This document shows positions 14,889 to 28,387 of a stretch of DNA of 64,000 bases, one piece after another. A model generated the notes under the pieces. The model saw only the letters and a program-made list of their open reading frames with translations, was not told the DNA's origin and ran no database searches. This stretch comes from Camelus ferus (taxonomy: Eukaryota), in NCBI RefSeq assembly GCF_009834535.1, contig NC_045697.1, positions 79,796,001-79,860,000 of the forward strand. Reading direction: 5' to 3'. The translations under genes were made by a program, and so were the position numbers. Each line of letters begins with the position of its first letter. Position 1 is the stretch's first letter.

Positions 14889-15432
14889 CTTGCTATTCAA
14901 AGTGTGTGGTCCTCAGATCAGCAGCATTAGTATTATCTGTAGTTTGTGAGAAATATAGGATCATTCTAAGTGAGTAAGAGAAAGACAGATACCATATGAA
15001 ATCACTTATACGTGTAATATAAAAAAATGACACAAATGAACCTGTTTACAAAACGGAAAGAGACTCGGACATAGGGAACAAATTTATGGTTACCGGGGTG
15101 TGGTGAGAAGGGAGGAGAGAAGGATAAATTGGGAGTCTAGGATTAGCAGATCTAAACTACCGCATACAAAATAGATAAACAACAAAGCCCTACTGTATAG
15201 CACAAGGAACTATATTCAATGGCTTATAGTAATCTGTAATGAAGAGGAATATGAAAAAGAATGTATAACTGAGTCACTATGCTGGACACCAGAAACTAAC
15301 ACAACATTGTAAGTCAACTATACTTCAATTAAAAAAAAAGAAACACCGGCTCTTCGGCCCCACCCCAGACCTAAGAATCAAAGCCTGCATTTAAAAAGAT
15401 TTTCGTGTATCTACTAAAGTCTGAGAAACACC
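14889..15432. mobile_element. MER5A1-like hAT-Charlie DNA transposon, split by the L1
   Basis: Left half tcaaagtgtgtggtcctcagatcagcagcatt...agaaat; right half ggccccaccccagacct..gaatca..ctgcattt...aaagtctgagaaacac. Confidence 0.75.
14960..15339 (+). mobile_element. L1 3' end (L1_Art-like) nested in a MER5A1 element
   Basis: Typical L1 3' UTR (aagacagataccatatg...ctgtatagcacaaggaactatattcaa...caacattgtaagtcaactatacttcaatt) followed by poly(A). Confidence 0.88.
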
Positions 15433-16149
15433 ACCTTCATATCCAAATGAGTGCTACATGATTAGCTGTAATCAAAGAGGGCAGTAGAGAAGTGATCAGA
15501 TGTTTCAGTAAATTGAATTCTCCTTGACTATGAATGAGAACGATGAATAATATTGACACGCAATAACTGTCTCTTTTGATCGGATGTCTTTTTATATCTA
15601 TCACGCCATATACTCCCATATAGTAATTTATTTGTGTGATTACCACATTTCAATCCATGTGACTGGTGAAATATTTCTCTCCAGTTCGAATCCTTATGTC
15701 CTGAACAAGGATCTTTTGACTTGATGGAACTTCTTACACTTTCAAAGGGATGTCCTCAAAATCACCTCCTGAAAACCCATTATAATCTGATGTACTGTGC
15801 CACTGCCATATCTATTGCACATGGGTGTGGTGGCAGATGGCAGATGGGGAAGAAAGACAGGGACCCTGGATGCCAAAGTAGACCTGAGGCACACGGGGAG
15901 AGGGTCTAGCATGGGTGCTTAAGCACTATTTATCTCTTTAATCTGAATCAAACAAATAACTGTAAATAGTGATTCCAAGAAGTTTTGTTAAATGCCTGAA
16001 TATTTTATGGATGGCTGTTTTCCAACAGTGCCTCTGATCCAAGAAAAGGCAGTATATTCATAAATAATTACTAAACCATTGCTTTTCTCAAGTAGTATTG
16101 GATTTGGTGATCTGGTTAAATATCCTTGGGGTGATATTTGGCACCAAGA

Positions 16150-16325
16150 GTTATTATGCTTTAGATGCAGACTATTCGAGGATGTTGTTCATAAAAGATA
16201 TTCCAAACCCCACTGAAATTCTGACTTAGTAACTTGGGAAAAGGCTCAGGAATTTGCATTGAAACAAACGTTCCAGGAGATTCTGTTGTTGGTGCTAAGA
16301 ATACTGCATTTTGAAAAACATTGCT
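16150..16325. mobile_element. MER5A-like remnant
   Basis: aattctgacttagtaacttgggaaaaggctcaggaatttgcatt..aacaaacgttccaggagattctg...ttttgaaaaacattg. Confidence 0.55.
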
Positions 16326-16626
16326 GTATGCAGTATATTCTTAGGAACTGATAACTTTCTTCCAGTATCAGTATTATCTAAAGCCCAGTTGTCAGGCTAT
16401 TACCTGAGCTTAGTAAACTGTAGATCGATCCACTTAATCAGGCAATGTTTCTGAAAGAGATATTAAAAAATAATTTTTTATTTACTATAGAATTTCATCT
16501 TCTAGGCATTGAAATGTGCAATCCCATTGTATTTGATTATTGATAACATTGCATTTTTGTAGGAAATAGTTCAGTACATTTTTTGTAAGAAATCATAATC
16601 AGTATCTGACTTTACTGGGCTGGAAA

Positions 16627-16660
16627 GTTTTTTTGTTTTTGTTTTTGTTTTTGTTTTTTT
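16627..16660. repeat. (GTTTTT)n repeat
   Basis: gtttttttgtttttgtttttgtttttgttttttt. Confidence 0.9.
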
Positions 16661-17459
16661 CATACCTACTTACCATTGTAGGAGAAAGGGAGGGAAGGAG
16701 GAAGGGAAGGAGAAAAAGGAAAGTAAGTGATGTTCCTGTCCACAGTGAGGTGATTCAGTGGGCTCAAAAATAGTAGATTTAGATAACAATTGTCTTGAAA
16801 ATCTGCTACCTGGGTCTATGTCAAATTTTATCTTGGAAAGTGGAGGGTTTGTTTCATTTCTCATGCTCAGTTTATCAGTGAATTTTAGTAACTGTGACTG
16901 GTCAATGATTTCATTGCCTTCCCATGTAAAGTGGAACGAGGAGAATTTGTAATATAGAAGGAGATACAAGAGTTTAAATACTCAGTTTGACAAACGTGAA
17001 ATACCTTTTTGACAAATAAGGGAAAAAATACACTTGATTTATGTTATTAAGACACCAAGAAATCTTTTATTTGAAATATGGTATGATCAACAGATGATTA
17101 AATTACCTTCGTGTTCTGTATCACTTTATCTCTTGTTCCTAGCTTTATTCTGCATCGTGTAACAACAACAGCAACAACAGCAAGTGTTTGTGACATTTCA
17201 GCCTTTGTTATATTCAAAGTTGGTTTGTCTCCAATCAGTCATGCAGGGTTTTGTCAAGGGAGGATAACAGATCTCATTCTCTGAATGCTTTAAAAATAAA
17301 ATATATTTCAGGGATTTTTACAAACTTTTGGATTAGCAAATTCAAACATAAGCATAGAACATGCATTCAAAGTTGGTGAATGTATTGATGGTGCTTTCTT
17401 GAAAACAAAAAAGTCATAGTTATAGTTAAAAAAACAAAAATGTTGTAATAAAAGTCAAA

Positions 17460-17940
17460 ATCTTAATACTCCCTCAGCCAGTAATTTCCTTGCTAAGAAT
17501 TTGTCTAAGGAAATAACCAGACACTTGAACAACCATTTATGTAAATGAATGATCGTTGCAGCATTCTTTATTAATAACAAAGTAAACTTGACTGTTAAAC
17601 CATGGAAACAAGGGTAAACATATTTTGATACATCTATCTGATACAAGAAAATGCAGCCATTTAAATTAATATTTTTCAAAAATATTTAATAGGAAGATTC
17701 TCAGCATTTAATCAAGCTTCTCTCATATATTAAGAGAAAAAAGCAGAATATAATGAAGTTAATTTTGAAAATGATAAAAACATAGAAATAAAAAATTGAA
17801 TGGAAACACATTAAAATGTAACAATGAGTCATATATAGAGTATTGAATTGTAGGTGCTTTTAATTTTTTTCTTGATAATTTTCTGTATAGTTCAAAATCT
17901 TTCCAATGAGCTTATGTGACTTTTATAATTAGGAAAAAAT
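17460..17940 (+). mobile_element. Old L1M (L1ME-like) 3' fragment
   Basis: ccagtaatttccttgctaagaatttgtctaaggaaataa...ttgcagcattctta...atgcagccatttaaa. Confidence 0.6.
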
Positions 17941-19769
17941 TTTAAGGAAATGTAACTTTGAAAAATCTGGAATTGTGTTAAGGGTAGTTATGCTTAAGAA
18001 CAGGTGGATGGGCTAAATGAACCTTTAATGTCTCTTCAGTTCTAAGGACCATCTGCCCAGTCCTGTTAAGCAGTAACCACTGAAAGAAGTTAGACCCAAT
18101 TAGTAAAGGCAGAGAGAAACAGTGCCTTTGTGAGTTCTATCTGTATCCCTGTGCATATCTGCCACCTTAAGCTAATGGAGCTATTTACTGAGTTCAAGCG
18201 GTCCCCAAGGAAGGCTGCTTTCTGCTTTGCTTCTATGCAAGTGTTGTTCACTTTTTACAACTGGCTACTGAATCAAAGCCAGCAGATGACCATCCACGCT
18301 ATTACAGAGAACAATAGTCGAAGCCCAGGCTTCTCAAGAGGGGCCCTGCTCCCATATCTTGAATATGACTGCAAAACAGCAGACACCACCCAGGACTGTC
18401 CTATCTGTTTCTGCTCATGGGATAAATACATAAAATGTGAAGACAAAACACGTCGAGAGCCACATTTCATTGCGTGACCTTGGAAAACTCAATTGAACTT
18501 CAGTGTATTTATCTTGAAAATAGGACCCTTAATGGCTTTCTCCAATGATTTCCCGTAAAGCACATAAGAAAGAAGTTCGTAAACTACAGTTCTGAAACAG
18601 TTGTTAGATGGTTATGTTCACATTTTCCACATGATTTCTTTTTCTTTTCAAGTACGTAGTGATGCTAAAGAGATAGTAAAATAGCATCAGTCCTTCTGCC
18701 TTGCCCAGGACCTCACGCTGCTTTGTAATGTGATCTCAAAATGCAACGCAACTGCATGGTCTGATGCTATTTATTATCACCATTTAAAGCGAACCCACAT
18801 GCCAGTGGCATACTGAGCTGACAAGCTGTGATGTCATTGGCAGGAGCAGCACTTCCAGAAGGCAGAGTTGCTGAGGATTGTTTATGACATTATTCTCTCA
18901 GCATATTGGATGCTGCTGGTCAGTAGTGGCTGGGGAAATAAGGTCAAGTGAAGCACTGCGTTATTCATGACTTAGGGGTTACGGTCTGTCCGAGGCATAG
19001 GCTGGACACAGACAAACTATGATTTCTTTTTCCTAAAATGAAGCTTAAATCTCATAGAGTTATCAGCACTTATTTTTGTTGCCTTCCAAAAGTTTATTAA
19101 TTTTATGGTAGACAGACACTTTCCTTGGCAGAATAGAAAGATGCCCAGGTATGAGCCTGTCCTGCTATATTTTCTTGAGCTGTTTCATTACTTAATTTAT
19201 AGATCAGCATTCCTACCATTTTGAAAAAGGAAAAATACTGTTGATGTTTGTTGCAGAACTGTTCTGATGTACTGTGTACTGTTCTGATTCTCTTTCTACC
19301 TAGTTGATTACTCCTTTCCTGATGTTCTCACAGAGAACATCCTATGGTCTTTTTTTTTTCCCTAAAGCCTGATATGCAAAAGAGGTGAGCAGACACCATA
19401 TTTTTTGAGATCTTTAGAAGCCAAGCTAATTGCCCTTTAGGCAATGGAGTTTTGGTGAAGAGAGGAAATGATGGTAATATTTGTATTAGAAAAACGTCAC
19501 ATTGGCAGCTCTGTGGACTATAGGCTGGAAAACATGGACAGATGCTATTATCATCCAGGTGGGGATTTCTTCAATAAGGGCATTGGTAGTCAGGGATGAG
19601 AAGAAGAATTCAAGAAATATTTAGGAGGTGAAATCAACAGGTATGGATTGGGTGTAAGGATGACCACCAGGTTTCTAGATTGGGTGTGTAGGGTGACACA
19701 TCAAGAAGTGTTCTTTGTCTAGATACAATCTAGTCGAGAAAAGAAATGTAAGAATATGTAAATGCAATT

Positions 19770-20000
19770 ATCGAACAATTCCTGTGTGCCAGGCATTATA
19801 CAAAACATTCCAGATGCCTTGTCTCATTGATTCCTCTCATTGGTCCTATGAGATACTATTGTTATTGCCATCTCAAAGATGAGGAGACTGAGGCTAAGAA
19901 AAATTGGGCAATGCACTCAAAGTCACATGACTGGTAAACAGTGGATCAAAATTTGGAACCTCTCAAGTAGGCTGATTGTAAAGCCTCTGCTGCTCAACAC
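19770..20000 (-). mobile_element. MIR SINE
   Basis: tgtgtgccaggcatt...tctcattgattcctc...gatgaggagactgaggctaaga. Confidence 0.75.
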
Positions 20001-23000
20001 CTAGCAATGTTTATCCATAAATATTCTAGACAAAGTTCAAAAAGGAACATTGAACCACTTAGAAGAACCAACTGCCAAAAAGTATTTTAGGGATAGCCAT
20101 TAATATAAAAGTAATGCAAAACAGTAAGTGGCTTTCTTCTTAAATTCATACTTTAATACATAAATAAAATCGCTGATTCCCCAAATCAGAGCATCTCAGA
20201 GGATAGTTTCAAAGATAGAAAGTTGCAGAATATTTCCTATAACCCCTTTATTTTTTTAAAAAGGGAAATTAAAACCTAGAGAACGCTCACTTACTCCTCA
20301 AGTTCTCCTAGTAAAACAGTTGCAACCTACACAAGAACAAAAGCAAAAAAATATTCAAACCTAATCAAAGATGAAAATATAAAGCTGTTTTAACCATTAA
20401 TTTAAGAGAGGAGAGCTGGTCACCACCCTGACATTCTTAAAGTCTTGCTTCTGGCAGATGCAGTTCTGGCTAACCTGGCTGTGGTCCTTTGTGACTTTAG
20501 AGAATGATGCACTTGCCATGTGGGTTCACTGGGCTCTGAGATGATCTTGAGAACAAAACACTCACAGTTGCTCTCCCGGGGGAGAGATTTGTGTGTGGCT
20601 CATCGAGGTGAAATTGGTTTTGTTTGTTAGGGCCGTCTATCATATTACAGTCACCTTCTAATGGTCCTATTTTCCATTGTTATTCCTTATCACTAAAAGA
20701 GTCTAAAATATCAGGAATAGTAAAATAAGGTATAAAAGCCCTGGGAAGCCTTTTAAATCATTTGATGGGAAAACAGTTTTGCTTATCAAGTGTTCATTCT
20801 GGAAAGCCTGCTTCCCATATAGTTTTGAGAAAATATACCCCAAAAAGCTTCATTCTAATCAAAGTGAAAGATCACTTTCTAAACTGAGCCATGACCAATT
20901 TTTATATGATTATGAATTGTGAGTGACTAAGCTACACAGGAAAACCCATTTTATGACTTTATATTCTTACAGGTTAAAATATTCAAGCCTGGAATCATCA
21001 TAAGTATATGCAAAAACCCTTCAGATGGAAGGGAAGAAATCCTGCCACTTGGGGAAAAAAAAATCTGTCACATCTGTAGCTGGCTTGGCCTGCTTACTAG
21101 TTTTCCTAAGTCTGTGCCCCATCACTTGTTGGTTAGTGGACGAGTAACCCATTGATTTCGTTTTTCTTTGTTTTTACACCTTTGTCCCTGTAGGAACTAT
21201 ATTTGGAATCAGTCTCCTCAGGTCAGAAAGGCAAAGGGAGACATGGGAAAAAGTGAAACCAAGGATGAATAGCAGAGATGGGGAGGGGGAGGATCGTTGT
21301 GAAAAAAGACACAGAAAGACCCATTATGGACAGTGTGGTGACCTCCACATTGATCCATTATCAATGCACTGACAGTACAAACAGAATTGTATGGGAACAT
21401 TTTAATCTATACCATCCATGAACAAACTATTTTCAAGCACTTCAAAGGTATTACAAAGCATATATTATTTTTATCAGACTTCAGAAATCTAGTATTTTAT
21501 ATATTTTAAAGAATAGAATTTCTTTTTTAAAAACTATAATGTATAATTTTCACTAACTCAGACTATCTTTTCATTTAATTAGGCCTTTAATAAGATTTTT
21601 ACTGCATATATCTAGTACCATTTACCACTTTACATTTTCAAGCTCAGCATTAACACATATCAGTGGGACGCTTCTATGTACGTTGATTGCTTTTAAGTTT
21701 AAAAGGAGTATATTTCTAAATAGTCATTAGTTTCTTAAAGGAACATAATTTCATTCCATGGTAACAGTCTAGACTGGGCATTCGCTCCCAATTAATAAAG
21801 CTGGCATTCACTGAACTAAATTAATCACTAATTCAACTGTCTCAATCCTAGTAACATTAAGGACCATTTAGTAATAAAGTAATAAGAAACTGAATATTTA
21901 ATAGAAGGAAGGATCTATCCTTTAATGTGAAAAATTCATTATCATTGACAATTCTTGGGGAAATTTTTGCTGGCATGACGACTATTCTCAGCAGAATCTT
22001 GCCTTGTTCTGCTTTGGAATCAAGGTGTTTTGATGATTGAATACATTATTTAAATCACATGTGGGGAACATGTCATAGTTGTTGGTTTAGACTTCAGATG
22101 GTTTTACTTAAGTTATAAATGTTTTTAATGATAGTGAAAATTTTTTATTAATAACAAGCAAAATTGGCCACTCATCTCTCAAGTCTCAGATTAGATGTTA
22201 TTTCTTAAAGGAAATCTTTTCTCCTTATAATTAAATAAACTCAATCATTACATTCTACACTTTTCCATCTTGTTCCCCATAAAATAACTTGATCCTACTT
22301 ATATTCCCAGCAGTTGCTGCACCTTCTAGGTACTCAATAAATAATTTGCCAAATAAATAATACATGAAAACCTGTTATACAAAAATGTTAAACATTTTAT
22401 ACTAAATTGGATTTGGATTTGCATGATCTGCATTTTGCATTTAAATATGCAGCAAATGTGTACAAAAATTCAGCTTTATTTGGTACAAGAATGAATGAAT
22501 TCTTATTTCTATGGGATTATTACTTTTTTCAGATTTTGTAATAGCTATACATTTTATTAATTTATATAATAATTTTATACTATTATTAATGATGAAATGC
22601 CATGATTATTAAATTGGCACATGCTTAGTTTTAGTGCACAATTTCCCCTTCCATTTTACTCATTAGACTGTTTACAAAACCAATTTACTTTCAGCATTTG
22701 AAACCCACATGAGAGTATTCCTCTGATGTGGATAATTGTTTCAGTTGAGAACATTATACAAGAGAAGAGAGAAAACAGGGCTCAAATATTCCTACTCAAT
22801 GTCCTTTGCATCTTATGAATATTATAAGACAGACTGCCTTGGTAATTTATTCCTAATTCTCTCCTTAAGTTTTATATATTTAGGGTTTATTGTTATGTTT
22901 CTTAAAATATCATGTAAATTTTGCTATAAATATTGAGCCATCTTTGTGAAAATAGCCCTGCTTAAATTAAGCTACAAAATCTGTCTGAGTCTCAAAGGTG

Positions 23001-23489
23001 GGGACATGTCTGCACAGCTTGGGCACAAGTCATGTGAGTTACTCTCTGAATCATGCCCTCTGCTCCATCTGGAGAGGACAATGTAAGTCTCTTAATTTCC
23101 TAGTTACTTCTGCAGTTCGAGTGCACAAGTGATTTGTATCTTGTCTTCAGTTCCATCTTCTTTCAGAGGCACAAACCAGGTCCATCACTGATTGGTATAA
23201 GGAGTGGGAAAGGGTAATGACGGTGTATTCCTCCCATTATGTAATCTGTAAAGCTCTCTGGGCCAAGCAAAATCATGTGGGCATTGAAGTTCAAAACCAC
23301 AACATAAGTGCGTTGACTTATAGTGACAGTGTTGCTTAGGAAATAAATCTCAGTCATTAAAAAACATCAGCCAGTAGCAAGTATGTAAACTATTTTGTTT
23401 TACGTATCTAGTATTCTGAATCAATTCATTCAGGTAATTTTTTTTCTGAAAATATATCTCTAATAGATACTTAGATTTTATGCTAAATT

Positions 23490-23960
23490 TAGGTAATGTA
23501 AGAGTTATGGCTGATAATTGCTATAATACATGACTGAAATTTCATGGCTTAGCAAAAAGAAGCTTAGTTTTATTTACATAAAGTCTAGTGCCATGATGGT
23601 GGCTTGGGGAGTCAGGCTCCTGTACATTTTGCATGCAGTTTTCAGGAATTTGGGTTTATACAGGTTTGTTTAGAGACTTAGGTTGATAGAGACTCTGCTT
23701 CTTCTAATATTGGGTTTCTGAGGTCTCCCTTGGGATTGACCCACTGAGAAAATGAAATGTGGTGAATTGTGCAGGAGAGTTTTATCTAAAGTGGGTGTGT
23801 ATTTCTTCCGCTTGGGTTCCATAATCTGTCTTACAGTCTAACCAAATGCAAAAGGAGTGGGAAGATGAGGTCTTCAGTGGGTGGCCATTTTCCAAAAACA
23901 ACCCTTCACTGTGAAAGGGCAGCGTGAATTTTTGATGAATAGCTTGCTTCCTCTGCTATG
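23490..23960. mobile_element. Old MaLR LTR (MLT1J/K-like)
   Basis: gctataataacatgactgaaatttcatggcttagcaaaaagaag... and a 3' part tgaatttttgatgaatagc typical of old MLT1 LTRs. Confidence 0.5.
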
Positions 23961-25417
23961 ATAAGAGAGTGACTACGATTGCTGTATTCAGGCAACCACT
24001 GAAAATTGCCTTTTTAGTAATGGTGTTAAAAAGAAGGCTATTTTTAAAAATGGAAACTTAACACTGTTGATCCATAAGTGAATACGTTTAGGATTATTGT
24101 TTTAGAACTAGAGGAGTTGTTTTGTCATCAGGTAGAATCCCATTTGAATGATTATGGAGATATTCTTAGATTTGGGAAGTTTAAAATAGTTATTTCCCTC
24201 TTTTCCTCTGGTGATTATTTTTAAGTAAAGGGATAAAAATTCCTCTTTCTGTGGTGGCTTAAATGAAAATTGCTAAGCAAGATGAGAGTTTTATTTAGAA
24301 GATACACATGACACATCATTTTGTATTATAATGATTATGACATATTAGCATTCAATGCTGCTAAAATAAATCTATGATCAAGAGTAACTGTGTCCTCACA
24401 GTACTTTACAGAGTATTTCTAAGTCCTTATGCCACTTGAACCTGTCAATGACCCTTTGAGAAAGAGAAGATATTAGCCTCCTTTTTGGACAAGAGATATG
24501 AGACTCATGGTGTTTCAATGACGAGCTTAAAAACCTTTGGATTGTAAGGGTTATGTGAGTGAGAACTATAATCTTGTAATGCTGTTTCCATTACTGACAT
24601 GACTACATCTATCTGGACATTGGAAAGGACCATTAGTTTGACTTTTTCAGTTTGTACGATCTATGAAAATGACCACTGATGCAGGTGATGTGAGAGTCAC
24701 AAGGTGACAGAAATAACAGATCAGCATTGCTGGCTTGTTCATTTTGCTGGTTCAGGCATATCTTGCGTATTAGCTTTTAAATATTTATAGAGGAGAATTC
24801 CAGGAGTGGACAGATCTTAAGCCTTTTTCTTTTAATCCACAAAGGCCATCAAAATTGTAGCTCCAGTCTATTTCTAAAGGAACCCAGAGCTTTTTCTGTT
24901 GTTTTTCAAAAATACTCTTAGTATAGTTGACTTTTCACCTTTGTATTCATTGATACGCTGTTGAGTTTTTATTGCCTAAAATTGTTTCGTACAGATATTA
25001 AAGACAAAGTCACTTTTCTCTGGAAGATCACTGTCTCATGAGGGACAGAGAGTAAGCAGGGACTTCATAGCGTCTGGTAAAGTTAATGAAAGGATATTCA
25101 GGAAGCCTTATATGTCCTAGGAATAGAGGCTAACTCAGTGTTGGATGGGATAGAATGGGTGTTGTAGAAGGGATTCCAGAGGAGGTGATGTTTGAATTGA
25201 TTCTGAAAGGATGAGTAGGAGTTCAGAAGAGACATGTGATGCTTTTTAAAATGTAAGATACCAGGTTCGGTTACATTACAAATATTTGACTTAAAATTGT
25301 GACATCATTCTAAAATTTATTATCCACATATAGGCCTCAGAAAAGGAACTTAAAGGATAGCTCAGTAAATAGTCATAAACACTGGGAAATAAAACCAGTT
25401 AAAAAAATAAGATGCTA

Positions 25418-25630
25418 GATACTAACTGATATATATAGAATAGATAAACAACAAGTTTCTACTGTATAGCGCAGGGAACTATATTCGATGTCTTGTAGTA
25501 ACTTACAGTGAAAATGAGTATAAAAATGAATATATGTATGTTCATGTATGACTGAAGCACTGTGCTGTACACCAGAAATTGACACAACATTGTAAACTGA
25601 CTGTACTTCAATAAATATATATATATACAC
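25418..25630 (+). mobile_element. 5'-truncated L1 3' UTR (artiodactyl/camelid type)
   Basis: ...ctgtatagcgcagggaactatattc...caccagaaattgacacaacattgtaaactgactgtacttcaataaa. TSD aaaaaaataagatgcta (25401-25417) / aaaaaactaagatgcta (25631-25647) at a TT|AAAA site. Confidence 0.9.
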
Positions 25631-26236
25631 AAAAAACTAAGATGCTATAGTAGGCATGTGTTATGGTTAGATTTATAATTAACTTGAACTTATTCTGTGC
25701 TTCCTCACGTACTGTGACCCATGTATATTTCTTGATTTGTAGTTTAGTCTTCTCTTTACTCTGTCTCTGTTCTACCTCTAGTTATCTCCCATTAAATCAG
25801 TTCCCATACCTGCGGTGATGTACTTATTTTTTTGTTTCCAGGTGGATTACTTATGCTTAACATTATTGTATCAATCCCCATCCTTCATAGGTTTCTTTGG
25901 CACTTTTGTTTCTGTAGGCTTTTTTTCTTAAAATTCATTAATCCCGGTGGCAGTATTTATTGCCTACCCAGAAGGTACCTGTGGTTGCGAATTATGACTT
26001 TGCATGTTAAAATTCTTTGGCAGATCAAAGAAAGTTCATCACAGAGAAAACAGACCTAAAATGCCAGTCTATAAAAGTGTAGAACTTCATGAATGCCCTG
26101 TTAGCAGAGGGGCTGGCTGTGAGGAACTTGGCAGGGAAGGCCCACCAGCACAGGCTTGGAGGGCAACCTAAGAGGCTTAGAGGAAGGGGGAACTTTCTGT
26201 CACTAGGTTTTATAGGACCTTTATCTATTTTTCTTT

Positions 26237-26318
26237 TCTTTTTTTTTTTTTTGATATTTTATTTTATTTTATTTTTTAACATTTTTTATTGATTTATAAT
26301 CATTTTACAATGTTGTGT
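26237..26318 (-). mobile_element. Extremely 5'-truncated young L1 3' end
   Basis: Perfect 13-bp TSD tctatttttcttt (26224-26236, 26319-26331). Body acacaacattgtaaaatgattataaatcaataaaaaatgtt plus A-rich tail on the minus strand. TT|AAAG endonuclease site. Confidence 0.85.
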
Positions 26319-26889
26319 TCTATTTTTCTTTAAGAGAAATATTTTCTCATCTTCTGGAACAGTTTATTGGAAGCTCTGCATGAATGTAGACAGAAAAGGG
26401 AAAGATGGAAAAATCAGAGGATCTAGCAAGATTGCTTTTAGATTTGAGTCTCTGTATAATGTAAGTCAATTTACTTACAGTTTTTTCTTTATTTTGACTC
26501 AAAAGCTGGTTTGATGTTATATATTTATTGATCATTGATCAGATGATTGATGACTACAATAGAACTAATGTAATATATTTAATATAAACATAAAAACTGC
26601 TTCAGAACTCATTTAAGAACCACTGTACTCTCTTAACATACTTTGAAGCACCTTGCATACCTTTGAAATGGGTCTCAGAAGTCAATAAAAGACAGTACAT
26701 CTGCAAGGCTCTCCTTTTTTGTTTTTAAAAACTATTTTGTTTTTATGGAAAAAAATCAGCACAATACAATTAAAGAAAAATTTGAAAAGAGGTTGATTGC
26801 TATATTACCTTAAAATTATATTCATGTTCCATTTTTTGTGTGTACTCATAGATTTTTTTTCTATAGTTGCAATTCAGTCTAACGCAAAC

Positions 26890-27800
26890 ATTCATCACTC
26901 TTTTTTTCAAGAAATGATGATTAAGTGCCCACCCTGTGAAGGGCTCTGTTCTAGGTACAGGGAGCCCCTGCTGTGAATAAAATAGAGTCCTTCCCTTCTG
27001 GTGATTATATTCTAGTGGAGGAGGTGTGTGTGTATGAGAGGGAGACAAGGAAAACAAACCAACAGACAGACGATGTCAGATGGCAATGAATTCTATGACC
27101 AGAACTAAAGCCCAGTAAGGGGATAAAGGGTGATGATGGCTGTTTAAACTAGTGTTGTTAAGGAAATAAGTGTTGGTGATATTTGATCAGAGACCTGAGA
27201 AGGAGTGGCCTCTGTGATTCTCAGGGTAAGACCACTCCTGGGGGAGGAAACAGCAGGTGCCTGAGAAGGGAACTTGCTTGGCTCGCTCGATGAGGACCGG
27301 AGGGGTCAGTAAGTCTGAAGCGTCGGAAACAAGAAGGAGAATGGTCAGAGATAAGGTCAGAAGTCACCAGAGACCACATTATAAGTGCTACTGTGTGTGG
27401 CAGGTTGGGAGATAGGAATACAGAAGTGACTAAGACAGCCCTTAATTCCAAGAAACTTATATTCAAATAGAACATAAATGTATAAACAAATAAATTCCAA
27501 TATAATGTGTTAGGTGCTATTATAAGGAAAGGAACAGAGTTCAGTGGCTAGTGTAACTGCACTGAGGTGGGGGGACAATGATGCTGAAATGGAATTTGGG
27601 GGATGTGTAGGAGTTTTTCAGGAAGAGAAGGAAGGAAAGGGCATTCTAGATATCCAGGGCAGCACATGCCAAAGTCAAGGCATATTTTCAGGTTTGGAAA
27701 AATGTTTAATGAGGTTAAAAAAAAAAAAAAGCAATAAACCAAAGATGTATATTGGAAAATAATAGGAGACGAGGATGGAAAATAGATTAAAACCAAATGA
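26890..27800 (-). mobile_element. L2 LINE fragments
   Basis: cattcatc...aaatgatgattaagtgcccacc...ctctgttctaggtacaggg...atttgatcagagacctgaga...gggaggaaacagcaggtgc. Confidence 0.65.
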
Positions 27801-28387
27801 TGAAGGCTCCCCCCACCAAAAAAATCTTTTTAAATTTGAATCATTTTATTCTATGGGAGTTTAAAATTTTTATCCATGATGTTAAACTCTTTGTTTTTCT
27901 CTATGTTTTTTTGTTGTTGTTGTTGCTGTTGCCACTTAAAAGCAGGGAAAATTGTTAACAGACAGATTAATCATATCAAAGGAAGATGATTTATCCATTC
28001 TTCCAGTGTTGGCAAATAAGGAAATTTCCATGGCTACTTTAATTTTCAGTTTGGGGGAAAAAATCAAGATCTCCATGTTATAGCTGTATTATTTAATAAT
28101 TATTTACCTTTTCAAAATGATGGATATCCTGGTTTTCTCACAGAAATTGACTTTCTATAAGTTCTAAAGATATAAATATAGTAATGTATTTTAACCACTA
28201 TTTCTTGCTGAAATAATAGTACTTTTCAGGAGATGCCACATGTTTTGAATGACCGTTATCATTATTTAAAATTTATTCGCTCTATTGTCTTCTGTCTTGG
28301 CTGGAAACTTTTAGAAATGAATTATAAGTAAATTCTAGATTCTGAACATGAAGTTTCCCAATGTAATAATTTCATTGGTACTCTTTT

